Source: Nageia nagi
Lineage: Eukaryota > Plantae > Pinophyta
DNA length: 64,000 bases
NCBI GenBank assembly: GCA_050084985.1
Contig: JBITNC010000001.1
Span: forward strand, 171,988,001 to 172,052,000
Direction: 5' to 3'
In this document: positions 1 to 14,900 of the stretch, piece after piece
Numbering within the stretch: the stretch's first letter is position 1
Layout of the letters: each line of letters opens with the position of its first letter
The notes under the pieces: generated by a model
What the model saw: only the letters and a program-made list of their open reading frames with translations
Database searches by the model: none
What the model was told of the DNA's origin: nothing
Position numbers and translations under genes: made by a program

Positions 1-1300
1 TCAAATCTCAATATTGGGATATGTTAGTTTAAAAAATCCAAAATAAACTCACAAGATGGAAGGAAAAATATTTGAGCTATGCAAATAAACTTGTCCTTAT
101 CAAATCTATTCTTCAAAGCATACCTATTTATAATATAATGGTTTTTAAATTGCCTATAACTATTAGTAATAAGATAGATAAAATTTGTAATAAATTCTTA
201 TGGTCAAGAGATTCAAAAAAGAGAAAAATCACCCTGGTAAGTTAGAATTTTATTTGTAAGGAAAAAGACCAAGGAGGATTAGGGTTGAGTAAACTGAAGC
301 AAGTGGGTCAAGCTTTGAGAGAAAAAACTATTTTGGCATATAGCTCAGAATGAAGAGGAGTGGGTTCACACTTGTAAGGATAAATATATGATGGGCGAAA
401 ATTGCATATTGAGAATTCAAAATCCACCATATGGCTCACCTTTTTGAAATGGTATAGTAGTGGTAAGGTCCCATATTCAAGAGGCTATTAGATGACATCC
501 AGGAAACAGTGAGCAAGTATACATGTGGGAAGATGCATGGTTGAAGGAGGAACCACTAATTAAAATAAAATATTACAAACAAAGAGATGAATGGGCTTTG
601 AAATATCAGGGGAGCATAATTGACAAGTACTTTAAGAATGATACTAATAATTGGCAGATTCATAGGCCAATTAGAGGTAGAATAGTAAAACAACTAAAGT
701 AATTACAAGAGAAACTAAAAGATTCTAATATCAAGATCAATAGTCATGAAGGGAAATCAATATGAAAACTAAGGCCTGATGGAAAATATACTAACATCTC
801 TAGAAAAAGAAAGGAGAAAAATATGGAAGAATATTTGGAAAGCAAAGTTAACACCTAGGATTGCCTTCTTTCTTTGGCTTGTCACTAAAAAAAGACTATT
901 AACAATAAACAATTTACAAAGAAGATATTTCAATATAGTTAACAAATGTGTATAGCGTAAAAGAGAGGAAGAGAGTATAAATCATATTTTCTTGGATTGT
1001 GAGTATACAATGAATATTAGGGGCATGATATGCAAAAAAATGAAGATATAAATGGATATTACCAAGGGATGATAAATAATGCATAGAATAATGGGCACCC
1101 TAGGAGAAAACTAAAGGGTACTATAAATGCTAGACAATGTTGATTGGGCACATGTGGTGGAAAATATGGAAGCAAAAAAATAGTCAAGTGTTTAAAAATA
1201 AAAAAAATGAAGCATAGGAATTCTTCAAAATTATGACTCTTAGATTGGTAGAAAATATGATGGTGTACTTCAAGGATAAGGAAATACTATCAAGCTTTAA
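1..1300 (+). mobile_element. Decayed L1-clade LINE, 3' part of ORF2 (post-RT region and zf-RVT)
   Basis: Manual translation through stops gives WKEKYLSYANKLVLIKSILQSIPIY, GGLGL, WEDAW and the Cys/His motif NKCV*RKREEESINHIFLDC, all typical of the plant L1 ORF2 C-terminus. Confidence 0.85.
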
Positions 1301-1588
1301 ATCTTTTTTTTAAGACCAAATGATTTAAAAAACTCAACATGGTGAGGCTGATGAATTTAAGGTGAAAAGGATCCTAATAGGTGTGATGTACACATTATAA
1401 GAAGGATAACTAATGGAGAGTACATAGTCATAAGAATGACAAGACAATGATCGTATGCCACCTTTCATATTATTGATGACCCTGAGTATGAGGTCATCAT
1501 AAAGCAAAGGATTACCATAATAAAAATATAGTTAAAGTAGAATAATTATCACCACCCTACCAATAAAGAAATATCAAACAAGAGGAGA

Positions 1589-2400
1589 ATGGGAAGGGTG
1601 CTGGTTTTCACAAAGTTGAGTGATCCAAGTAAAGCAAAAAAAGACCCCCATGTTTGGAGAATTTTATGTAGGGGAGGTTTGGATAGGTTTATTGAAGCAT
1701 GCAAAGCTAGAAGCGATTAGAGATTGGAAAATTATATAATGAATACTTGGAAAAATAGGGTCTATAAAATTTATGGAAGGGAATTTCACTTCAATGAATC
1801 AGCTATTTTGGAAACTACAAGCCTTCCAAACAAAGGCAAGGAGGTGAGGTAAAATTCAAAGGCAAGTAAGATTTAGGAGGTTTAGAAATTCAAAGGTGGG
1901 AAAATCTATTTAGAACAATATAGAATAGGGTATTATAGAAGTTTGCTCTATCCTTGGCATAAAGTGTGTAACATACTAATGAAATATATAACCTTGTAAG
2001 GGAGACACACAAAAGTGTTTAGTACCCACATCATTCTAATGAATCACTTCAAACTCCATAGAAAGCAGGTTAACTTTATGAATTTTATTTAATTTTCAAT
2101 GGTGGTCTCAGTCACCAAATGTAGGGCCAAACCAAAAGTCATACCCTTACACCAGATGGTCATGCTACTGGTATACTGACATCAGCTTGCAAATTCTACT
2201 CAAAGGAAACCCCAACCCAAGAATACACAAGCCCAGATAAGAAGGGTGAGAAGGAATGGTAGGAGGGTTGATGAGAAAAAAAACCAAGACATCCCATCTT
2301 AGAATGATGATGAACAATAGAACCAAGCTAAAATTAGATAGAACATGCAAGATCAAAATACTATAGAGGGTAAGGATGAGGATGAAGAAGGCCAAATTAG
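1589..2400 (+). pseudogene. Decayed extra ORF directly downstream of L1 ORF2 (transposon-associated protein of unknown function)
   Basis: One frame from ATG 1589 runs about 210 codons with scattered stops and no frameshift (MGRVLVFTKL...PWHKVCNILMKYITL*GRHTKVFSTHIILMNHF...VNF...HQMVMLLVY), followed by a charged tail. Confidence 0.55.
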
Positions 2401-3849
2401 ATTCAAAAGGTGAAGAAGGTCAACTGGGCAAACTCAAATAATCATTATTGAGAAAGACTTGGGTTAGAATATATAGGTATAACATTGATCAAAGAATAGT
2501 CAATAGCCAGGAGATAATTAATATAATATAGTAGAAGGGTTTCTTACCCCATAAGGAGGAGGAGGTAGTCAATGACTCAAGTAGATAAGGCCAAAGGTAA
2601 GCCAAAACTTGAAACTATCTATGTTTCTAATAGTCCTCCTATGGAGGAATGTAGTTCTACTTACACAAAAGAGAATCTTGTCACTCCTGAAATTACCAAA
2701 ATTGAAGTCAATCCTAAAATAACTCCTTCCTTTATATGCACTTAAGAAAGAAACAGGAAATGGGAAACCTGCTCTATCCATGATATGGAGAAGGAAAGTG
2801 GCAAAACTAGCCTTGAAAAACTTTATCAGGATTGGAGTGTAGAGAATTCCCCTCTCATGATTAATCCTATGGAATCCCCCTCTCATTATCCTAACCAAAA
2901 TACAAAACATGATTCATGCAACCTTCAAATTATGGTGTTTTATATAATTAGAAGGTTTTCTAAGCCTCCCAAGTACAAAAAATATAAAATCTAACTAATT
3001 TTCATGCCATAAAATATCTTTTTTTCACAATGTAATGTTACTTGAAGTAGAAAGGTGCCAGGGAAACCCTAGTATGATTTTTGAAACCATTCTTATCTAT
3101 GAATCTATGCAAGGATCTGAAACCCAAAAACATAAATTGATTCAAAAAGGAAAAACTTGGAGGAAGATATATAGGAAGTTCTACAAGTACAATCAACAAA
3201 AGCTGAAGCTATAATGGGATTAATTTGAACAGGATGAGGTAAAGCTTTGAGATTATTGGCATGATGACTTCTTTGAGGTCTGAGCATCCATAATACCACA
3301 ACATAATATAGGATTCTACTTCAAAGTTAAGCCTTTTCAGAATTTCAAACCTGATAGGGAGGGCAATAGTCAAGGGTAATTATGTTTTCTTTATCTCCAT
3401 GGATATTGTAAAACATCAAAATCAAGTTTTTTTTCATTTTATTATAAAAGACACTCAAACTAAGAACCATTTTACTACTATGCATGAAATGCTCTATATT
3501 TATTTTGATAAGAAGGTAGATATAGTCTGTACATAGTGCTTCGTTTTACTCTCTTTTGATCAATTGATGGACTAACACTTATACTGTTACTATGCAATGA
3601 TATATTTTTTTGGTGTATAGTTTATATTTGATAGAGATATACTTTACTCTATTTGTGTATGATATAGAAAAATAGATTCAACTCTCTATTTCTTTTTGTA
3701 AAAGGTGTTCGAAGTCCTTTCAAAACTTGATTTTCTTTTTTGATTAATATCAAATTTACCCATTGGTTCTGATCAAAAATAAAAAATAGATCATAATGAA
3801 TAATTAGATAATTGTATGAAAAATGAATTAACACCATCAATTACTAAAC

Positions 3850-4700
3850 TCAATCTGACACTCCTAGTTCATCTTGAAATTTATAAGGCCACATATTTTT
3901 TATATGTTTCATTTCTTTAGAATTTGGAGAAATTCATAATACACCTTCTTCACTTCTGTTTTTTGCATGTCAATCCATATATTGTGTAATTAAATTAAAT
4001 CGATACATTCATGATAACCTAAAAATGATTGGAAAGTTATGAATATTCTTTTAAAGAATATTATTTCCTATCGTTCTTGACTGGTATCTATTTGCATCAC
4101 ACTTTTGACATATATTCAATTTTTCATATGGTTATATATACAATATAGAATCATTAATGTATGCATGGTATGAATGACACTCTACCCCTACATCCTTCAA
4201 AATCTTTTGTGCCTTTCTATACGAAGGAGGGATGACATTATCTCTTGGAAACTCTTTTTCTTTTAGTAACCTATAATACCACACAAAGTAATAAATTATT
4301 ATTAAATAATAAATATAAATTTAATATATTAGAAAATATAAAAAAAATGCATATTTCATAAGAGCAATGAAATGTTTATCTGACCATCCACAACTGGCTT
4401 TTAAACTCATCAAAAGTAGGATCAATGATAACTTGGATAAATGTGCTCCTTCATATAAAAGAGTTTTGAAAGCACTATACACACTATCATTTTCATAATC
4501 ATCATCTCTTACATCATCATATGTATGAGAAGTATCATTCATGTCTACATCATCATATGCATTTGCATAGACTAATTGAAGTAGATATTTAATTACACTT
4601 TGTTTCTAATGAGCATTATTTTATCTTTCATCATTATCACTATCAAAATCCATGACTACAAGAACAAGAGCTATTGGATTTGGATCTATCAATAATTGTT
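3850..4700 (-). mobile_element. CACTA (En/Spm) transposase N-terminal fragment, decayed
   Basis: ORF 4321-4542 has LYEGAHLSKLSLILLLMSLKASCGWSDKHF. After an AT-rich intron-like gap it continues PRDNVIPPSYRKAQKILKDVG...HAYINDSILY...CQKCDANRY, the region preceding the Transposase_21 domain. Confidence 0.7.
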
Positions 4701-7149
4701 CATATGCATCAATACTTAATACATTGTGTAGTCGCTCCCTTTTTCTTTTATATTTCTTCGATGGAATGGTGTATAAGATATTCTTTCATATTCATCATGA
4801 TGTGCTTGCCAAATAAATTAATTAGTTGTTAAGTACAAATTAACCATTAAAATAATTTTTAAAAAATAAATATATTTTTCATTAATAGGTAGTCATCAAC
4901 AAGTTGTAACAAGTGGATAAGAATGTAAAAGTAAATAATAACAATATATGAATTTTATACATCCATACAAAAATCAATAATAAAAATTCTAAAATCAAAT
5001 CAAATTTTGATGTTATTTACCTCATGATGATCATTATCTTCATCAATGTCCATCCTTCTTCAATGGGACATCGATCCTTTCTATAACATTAATCATAATA
5101 TTAAGTTAAATATTTCGCATAGTATCGTCAAAGTAAGAATTTAAATGATCTTACATTTTTATATATTTAAAGAAATTTATGTGTTGATTAATGATATATA
5201 CCTCATGTGTACTCCTCTGAAAAATTGATCGCATCTTCATCTAATGAAACACCTATCCTCGATTGAGGAATATAAGGAGTCTTATCATTATCAGAAGATA
5301 CATTCATCCTTTTTTAACGAATATAAAGCATGTTTTCCTCATTTCAAGATACATCATCAATTTGCTTGGACATAGTGATATAAGTTACTGACTCAACTGT
5401 TATTAAATTTCAAAAAATAAAAAATGATTACTCATATTATTTATAATATTTTTAAAATTTAAAAAAGTCATACATATTACTTGTAAATTTATAATATTTT
5501 ATTATTTTTATTTATAAATTTATAATTACTTGTAAATTTATCTAATTTTTTATTTATATATAATTACTTGTAATTTTATCTATTTTTTATTTTATTTATT
5601 TATTTTGAAATTATTTATATTATATAATTTTTTAATTATTTGTATATTTATCCAATTTCTAATTTTATTTATTTATTTTTAAAATATTTATAATATTTTA
5701 AGTGAAAATTATAATTTTTTAATTGTTTAAAATTGGTATTATATTTTTTTCTATCTATTTTCATTCTTGACGCAATTGACAGCGCACATCAAGAAAAGCA
5801 TTTCGAGGACGATGCAATTATTAACGCAATATGCATCAAAAAAAACTTACATTACGAAAATTAAAAAAAAAAAAGACATGTCACTTTCATTTAAGAGGTT
5901 TTCTTTCAAAACAGAGGTGTATTTTCATGGGAGAAGGGTTTTAGGCTACCAATAAGTGTGTTTTTGCTAATTTTCTTAAAATTTAAACATGATTTTCTAA
6001 ATTATTTTAGGATTTTTCAATTTTTCTTAAAAACTTTTACAATTTTTGTAAGAGAAATGGTTTTTCTTTCCATTTCTACAAATTCTCAAGAGATTTTCAT
6101 AAGTATAAATCATCTATTTTTTCTAGCATTTCTCTAAATTTTTGAAAAAAAAAATTAAAAATGTAGGATATTACTAAAAAAAACCTAGGGTTTACAAGAA
6201 AAGTAGGATTTCTATTTTTAAAAAACTCAAGGTTTTTACAAAGACAGTAAGGTTTTTGATTAAAAAACATAGAAAAATAAATATAAACATAAAAAAACAT
6301 ACCTCATATGTTATAGGTATGTAAAATAGTTTGATGCCCTGAATTTGCCCATAAATTTTGCTTCAAATTATGGAATTTCACACTCAAAATATTTGTCAAT
6401 TTTACTTTGAATATAGGATTTGAGAACGCACACATAGTATTTATAGCTATTTTTTCTTAATTTTACAAAATTTATAAGTATTTTAAATTAATATAAATTT
6501 TAAAATAGTATAAATTTTATAAATTTAAAATTACAATTATAATTTACAATTTATAAATATAATTTAAAGCTAATTAATTATAAAATCATAATTTACAATT
6601 TTAAATTAAAATTATAAAAATTAAGCTTAGGAATTTGCAAAAAAAAATTAGGATTAGAACTTTGCAAAATATTTTAGGTTAAAATTAACAAAAAAAAATT
6701 AGAATTATGAATTTGCAAAACATTTATGACATATTAAAAAAAAAACTATGATATTAGGTTTAATTTTAAAAAAAATTAATAACATTAGGCTTAATTTTTT
6801 ATTTATTTATGACACTAAGTTTAATTTTTTAAATTTTTTATAAAATTAATCTTAATTTCTTTTTTAAATTTATGACATTAGGTTTAAAATTTATGGCATT
6901 ATGTTTTTCCTTTATTATACTGATAATATTAAATTTTTATTACCTTTATTTAGTGATTATCATGATCGAAAAGAAAAGAGCTAGAAAGGAGCAGTTGCAT
7001 TATGATCCTAAAGATGAAAAAAATGATAGTAAGTATCAATATCTATTAATGTGATATTGAGATATTTTAATTAATGTTTTTTTTGTTGATATTAGTGGTG
7101 GTTTTTAGGAAACCAATAACCGCTTTACATCATAGGTAGTTTCAATTTT

Positions 7150-8450
7150 GTCCCTCAACCTCCACAAGGCTCGAACAAAAGTCCCTCGACCTGAGGGAGG
7201 GCCTGAATATCCAAAACTTGAAAAAATTAAATCTTATCAATACCTAGTACATATTTTTAGATAAGCATTAAATCTTGTACTCTTTCAAACAACTATTTGA
7301 AACTACCCTCATAGATTTGAAATTTGAAAATTAAACTTCTTTCTTAAAAAGAAAATGAATGTTGAGCCTTGGAATTTCTAGTTCTTAATCTTAGGCCTAG
7401 CATTTCAAATAGTTGGATACACTAGAAAGTACCTCATAGCTTCTTTCTTGAGTCATTTAAATCGATCCCTTCTTGCAACATTGTGACTGCTAGCTTTGAA
7501 CTAGCTGCACCAACCCCTAAGTAAAACCTAGATCCTTGTAATAGGAATGACAACACCAAACATCCCTAGTAAGGACGTTTTCATAGGAATTCTCCTTCTA
7601 AACGGAACACCACCTATTCTAGTAGAGTCATGCCCCACCAGCATGTAGAAGAAAAGAATACCCTCTTTCAATAACTTCCACACTAGCACCCAATCAATGT
7701 GAATGCAACTCAAAAAACCCTCATTTGAATCTGGCTCAACTACTCTTATAGAGAATATTTCCCAAAAAACCATAGGGCACCTCCAAAATGAATAAAATAA
7801 ACAAAGAGAAGGGGATTTTGGAATCTCTAATCCCTTAGCTTCTGGGGTTCACAAAAGATACTACAACTCTTCCTGCTTTACATACCCTATGGCCTCTAAA
7901 GCTGGTTCGAAGACTCGAGAACTAGAATCTACTTGAAGCAATAATTTTACATAAAAGATATATTTTATTTCTTTAGCTAAAACCCTTACTTCCATCAAAA
8001 ATTCTATCGAAAACATCTTCCTTAGGAAGGATTATGCAACAAAAAGTGTATAAATCTCTTTTAGAGAGAATCATGCCTCCAAAGATAAGTATGTAACATT
8101 TGTGTCTTCCACATCCTCTATATACCATACAGCCCCTCGCCCATCCCCAAACAAGAGTATAAGCATTTTTTCCCTTAGGTTTGAGCTTTAAGAACCCATC
8201 AAAAAGATCAAAACCCTCCTCATGTAGGATCACCCACCTTTCTGCTCCATCTAGAAGCCAAATCCCTCCTCCTGTCGAGCCAACCTCTCCTTGGATGACT
8301 ATTCTTTTGTCTAAAACTACTATAGCATTGGAGTTTCTAAGAGACACCCATCATTTCCTCATGCACTACCTCCCCCCTCTCTCCTCATAAAAACCCTATG
8401 ACCCAAAGCTTCAGATTGCATGTCATCCTCCTTCCAACCTTTTTTATGGA
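7150..8450 (-). mobile_element. Decayed L1 ORF2 C-terminal fragment
   Basis: Minus-strand ORF pieces with GGGIWLLD (GGLG-like) and a Trp-rich C-terminal region; heavily frameshifted. Confidence 0.4.
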
Positions 8451-8945
8451 GAATAACTAGCTAACATGGATATTGATTATTAATTAATGCTTTATTTTTA
8501 TAAGGCAAATAATTTTTTTAAAATTTTTTGCAAGAAGAGTTAGCAAAGGAAATGTGGAAAATTACCAAAATAATATTTACTACCAAAGATTGGAGAAAGA
8601 TTTGGGTATCGGGACTTCTTCTAGATCACCTCATACCACAAGCACTAGTATACCACTACCTCCAAGTACTCCACATGGTAATATTTTTTAATGATTTGTT
8701 ATTTTTCTAAAAATGAATGAAATAATATTTTTAAATTGATAAATATGAAGTAAGTGTTGAAAGTGCAGAGTCAGTTAATCAAAATATTTTTATATTTTCA
8801 GCATCAAAGGGGAAAAGAGTATTGAATTAAAAGTCAAAGTAAATGGTGAAGTCATGCATGATGAAGTTGGTAAAAGTTGATATTTGAAAAAAATATATAT
8901 TTATATATAGATTTGCAATAAATTAATTTAGTAATATTTTCAAAT

Positions 8946-11900
8946 CTAATGCAAAATGAGAGTTGAATACTCTATTAAGGTTTGCTATTGTGCATGAGCT
9001 GAACTATTGGCCTAGGGTTTCATACTGTATTGAAGTTTGTATGGGATTATTTATTTCCCTCAACTCTGAATACCATATCAGTTGGTTTACCATCACCTTG
9101 ATAGGCTTAGTTTTCTTTTTACATGGAATTCACTCATTCAATAGTTTCAACTCAAGTTGAAGCTGCTAGAAGGAGCAATGGCATCCAAGGAGGCCCAAAA
9201 GTTTATCCTAAAAGTTTACAATGAGGTAATACCTTTTTCCTGATGTTGACATCCTTGTTGATAATTTTAACAATGCATGTGGTTGGTTAAAAAGCCATAC
9301 TCTTATAGGATACTTTTTGTTTCGTATTCTTACGAAGTTTATGATTTGTAGTTGGATTCAATAATATTGGACATCTTATGGTATCAAAGTTGAGGACATT
9401 TAAAACCTTACAAAAGGTTTTTTCCTCTACCATTTTCCCCATGAAGATCATGCCAAATTTATTTTTGACCATGGTACCTATTAGGTCAGAAACTTGCTTC
9501 TATTCTTTCAACCATGGATACAAGATTTCTTAGTTGATGAAGGAGCTCCATTTTAAGTACTTATTTGGGTTGAACTCCTCAAACTCCTAGTTTCTCTATG
9601 ACCTTCATGGAAATAATTATGTCTCTTTTAGGTACCTTTATGTGTGTTGAGCAGCTGAAGTTATATAGAGTTTACCCTTACAAAAGGATTTGTGTCAAAA
9701 TAGACTTATCTAAGGATCTTAAGGACTATTTGGTCGTTAAAGTTGGCAATAACTATTACTTTTAGAGGTTAGTTTATATCAACCTTCCTAATACTTGTTA
9801 AAAGTGCCAATCAGCAACATTAAATCAAGGATTACCCTCTCATGGAGGGTAGGTTCAAAACTTGTAATTAGGAAACAATGGCTTTGGTAGCCCATGCACC
9901 ACACCCTACTAGGCATACTCATACCCTGAACATCGATAATGAGTGTAATGATCTATCAAGGCAAATGGAATACTATGAATAATAAAAAAATTATAATGGG
10001 TTCCAAGCCTATTGAACCTGTTATACTCTCATAAGAGAATGCTCAAATAGCCCCATATTCTCAACCCATTTCTCCAAAATTTCCCCTTATGATATATGTT
10101 GTGTCTTCAAGTTTAACACCCATCATTGCTATTAATCCTCAAATACCCATTATGGAAGCTAAGTACAAAGAGAATTTAATGCGACCTAGAAGGTCCCAAA
10201 GTCCCCTAGGGGGTGGAACTGATATCCAGTAGAAGTAACACTCTTTTAGCATGTTCATAAGCACCAATCATGCAAACTTTATCACAAAGCCTTATGCTTC
10301 CCTCGGGGAGCTAGGGGATACCGAGGATTTTAACAATGATATTGCTGATGATAATGAGCTCGATGATAATATGAACCTTGAATCTATGTAATATTTTTTA
10401 TGTAATGGAATGTTAAAGGGCTAATGGACCCAATTCATTGGGTCTAATATGAAAATATTTGGTTTGTAATGAAATTGCCAAAGTTACTTGTCTCTACAAA
10501 AAACTAGATTTTCTTCATCTCCAAGAAGTTAAATTTTAGAGTTTAACCTAGAATGTGCCATCTTTTTGTGGCCAAGTAGCTCTATGTATGCTACTAATCA
10601 TTTTCATGGTATAGGAGGTTCCATAACTTTTATTCCTTTGATGTGGAATTACTTTTTGGTCTCATGGGAGGTGGAGCCTTCCAATCAGGCGATGTGGACC
10701 CTTTTTTATGTCTATGGACAAGCTTTTTGGAGTTATCAATATCTATTCTTCTACTCATGGCTCGCATAGAAGCTTGCTATGGAGATGGTTTACTTTATCT
10801 CTACCCTAGGCTATTTGGTTTATTTTTTAAGGATTTTAACATTATTAAGAAAGTTGGTGATAAAGTAGGCGATCTTCCCATGAGATGGTGTGTTGATGAT
10901 AAAGATGTTTGGTTTTTTTCTCAAGAACAAACATGGGCTGGTTGACCTGAATGCATATCATAATGCTCAAAGTTTCCCAAAATTTCTCTAGTTCACCTAG
11001 CCTAATTTTTAGTTAGGTGATTATAGAGTTATTAAACGGCTAGATAGGTTCATGCTCACTGATCAGTCTAGTTTTTCTTTCCAAAGTTTATCTCCCACAT
11101 CACGTTTAGTTGTGGCATCTTTGGGAAACACTATATCATATCATCTTCCCATTATGTTTAAAGTTGCCTCTTATTTTAAGAAACCTTGTACCTTACATTC
11201 TTAATTCTACCTCAATATCTCCTTCCTTCATCATCCAGATACCACAGCCCACATTTGTAGAATCTGGAACCTTTTCATAAGACCAAAAGAGAAGGTTGGC
11301 TAGATTAACTAATGGAATGATGCTATCCTTCAAACCACCTCAATGTTAAGAACTTTGGGTGTCAAACTTTCTCAACTCCATAAGCACTTCAGCTTCACCC
11401 TTCAAGAGGATTTTGAACATGCTTCTTTACTTTTGGAAGCTGATCCCATGAATGTTCTACTGCAATAACAAGTTACTGTAGTTAGATATGAATTAAAGTA
11501 GATAGAAGTGTATGAAACCAAAGGTCCTAAAATCCAAGCTTGACTTTACTGGCTAAAAGTTGGTGATCAAATATTAAAAGAATTCTTTCAAAGACTACAT
11601 ACCCCAAGGTTGGTAACTCACTTTAAAGTCCTTCTTGATGAGGTTACATAGCTAAGAACTATACTTAGGTCTTTTCTTCTCAAGAATTTATAGAGGATCA
11701 TTACCTTACTCTTGATGAATGCTACAGAATGGTTCCTACCAAGCTTTTTCCTACTTAAAAAGAAGCTTATGATTGCCCTCTTACTTTAGAGGATTTAAAA
11801 GCTACCCTTACTTGTATGGTAAATGAGAAATATTCAAGTTTAGATAGCTTTCCATGTGAATTATATAAATAATTATGGGATGCTATTGATCCTGATCTCT

Positions 11901-14900
11901 TCTATGTTTATCAACAATCCCTTATTACAGATTCTTTGGGATCTATAATTAACAAAGATAATATCAAATTTATACCCAATATAGGGGATCATGAGCTCAT
12001 TTCTAGTTGGAGGCCTATTACTCTCCTGAATTTTAGTTATAAAATCATTTATAAGGCTTTGGCCCTCAAGCTTCGATTGTTATTACCCCATATTGTCTCT
12101 CTGGAATAAATTAGTTTTATCATAAGCAGATATATCCTTGATAATATCATTAGTATTTGGGAAGGAATGGATTGGGCTTGCTCTTCTTAGCAAAATACTC
12201 TCTTTTCAAAATTGACTTTGAAAAAACTTATGACAATATTGAGTGGAATTTCATATTGGATATGTTAAACATTCTAGGCTTTGGCCCAAGTTTTATTGCC
12301 TTAGTTCAAATGCTTTTCAATCATACCTCGACCATGTTGACTCTTGATGGGTTACAAACCACATCCATTAGCCTTTTTAAGTCAGTCAGAAAAGGCTATC
12401 CTCTAGCTCCTTCACTTTATGTGTTAGTAGCTAAAGCTTTTGGCTATCTTTTAGCTAATAAAGCTTCTCAAAAACTTGTTTATGGAATTTCCCTTCATGG
12501 GAATGTTGGGTAATTTATCAATCATAATTTTACAGATGACTCTTTACTTACTCTTAAAGAAGAAAGAAATTCTATTCTTCAAGCCTTTGCTTATCTTAAC
12601 ACCTTTTGCAAAGCTTTTGGGTCAATTATCCAATGGCAAAAAACCTCTTATTATAGATAATCTTTGTCTGATTGTCCTGACTGGCTTGCTGGCTTTCAAT
12701 GGCAATGGTTAATCCCTAGAGAAATATTTAAATTTTTAGGCATTCCCTTTGGATTTCAAAGCAACCCAACTTAGTTATGGGGATATGTTTTATAGAGAGT
12801 GGAAAAGAAGTTATCTTATTGGATTACCAAAAAGCTTTTCTTACCAAGAAAATTCTAAATTTGCTCAAAAATTCTAACTTCTACACATGTTTACTATTCT
12901 CCCTATTGGGTCCCCTCCCAGAATTATTACAAGAAGTTAGAAAAGCTTCTTAGGGAATTTTTATGGAAAAATAAAAAGACAAGAAAGGCTTCCATCAAGT
13001 TTCTTGGAAATTTTGTTGTCTTCCCAAGAGCATAGGTGGAATGGGGATTTTTTATTATTATCAGTAAGATTTGGCTTTAAATGCCAAATGGATTATTTGA
13101 GCTCTATAAGATTAAAAGCTTGAAAAATCCTCTTACGGTATTGTATTTCTTAAGGTCTTACCCTTGGAAAAAAAATGTGGAAGAATATAAATTTTCCTTC
13201 TCTGATTGTTGCTCCTATCCCAATTAAGATTACTGGGTCTTTTATTTGTAAGAGCATTTGGAAAGCATGGGAAAGCATCAAACCATGGCTCCACTAGTAA
13301 AGTAACAACCAACATCAAAGTGTGGCTCTTGCTTCCCGTAATGTTTAGTGATCTTCCATTATCAAGTTTTAGAACCAATATCTTGATTCCATTCAATGGA
13401 TTCGAGCTAGATGGCTCTTCAAAAAAGGGATTGCCTCCCTTATCGATTTTTTTTACCAATCCTCTAAAGGGTGGATCCCTTAGGAAGAATTCAAGCTCAG
13501 ATTTTCTCTAAAACCTTAGGATAAGGATACATATGAAATATTTTTTAATTACACTCCTTTTTTGTTATGGACCAAGCTCAGAAAACACTCATAATGCCCC
13601 TGGTGGATGAAATAGAAATGGTTTAAATTTACCCCAATTTTTAATTACAATGCTAAGATAGATTACAACTGGCTTTCCCCCAATCTTCCCATGGTTCCCA
13701 AAATAAATGAGCTATCATGCATCACCTCTACTAAATCTAAGTGGAGTATTCAATTCAAAATACTATGGGCCAGATATATTAATCCAAAGCAAGCTTATTT
13801 CACTTGGAGTTTGATTTTCCAAGGTCTACCTATAGGAAATAGGCTTACGCACTTGGTGGTTATCAACCCTTTATGTCCATTTTGTAATTGTGAAGAACCA
13901 GTTATAAATATTTTTTAGCATTATGGTAAGGCCAAAAAGGCTTAGAGTTGGATGAATTCCTTTTTATATCCATTCTTGCAATAGCCTCTTTCCTAACTTC
14001 ATAATCTCCTTGGAGATCCCTTAGAATTTTCCATTCCTTTGGAAGATTTTTAGAATATTTTTAAAATTAGAATTATGTTCCATTTGTGGAAAGAATAAAA
14101 TATAGTTATATTTTTGAGAAAGTTTCTTTTGTATATTTTTCTCTAGTTAACAAGCTCATAATTTTCTATGACATTTGGTTTCAGATTAATGATTAAGTTA
14201 ACAAGGTCACCTTGGAAGTCATCCATCTGTAAACACTCATAAATTACAAGAGAAATGCTCCTTGCTTAGTGAGTCAAGTCCCCCCCTTCCCAATTTGATG
14301 GGAGCACTCACATTCTAGGTAATATCATCACTCTCCCCTACAAGATCAGGATTAGAACTATGCTCGTAGATCTTGCCCTCCATCTCAATATCCATGGAAT
14401 CCTCCTCCTGCTACTGGGTGGGGTACCTAAGGGTGGGAATCTTGTCCCAAATATCCTTGACAACATGGCAAGGGTGTTGAAGTGAGATCCTCCCTTCATA
14501 ATGAAGGCTAATATGGTTAGATTGAAGGTGATGGTGATGGTTTAGTTTGTGTTTGATTAAAATCAATGAATTCTACATTTAATGAAGAGGATATGGCAGA
14601 TGGGTGGGTGGCATAATCCTTTATTATTGATCATACACCAAGCAGCCCATATTAGCATGACATCAGAGAAACATTAGAGAATACATATTAGTTGTAGATC
14701 CCTTCTAATGTATAAAAATATAATGCAAATATGGAGAATGTTGAGGCTATTAATGAATCTACCACTTCAATACCATCCAGTGTGTAGCCTACCAGTACCC
14801 CCCTCCTCTTAATGGTGTTTAATATCTTCGCATTTGTTCCTATTAGTGGTGAAGTTGAAATATTTTTTGTAATGTTTAAATAGTTATGGCAATGAATTTG

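Noticed and set aside
5400-7100. Short hydrophobic ORFs in extremely AT-rich DNA
   Set aside because: Low-complexity TE subterminal or intron sequence; the amino-acid composition follows from base bias.
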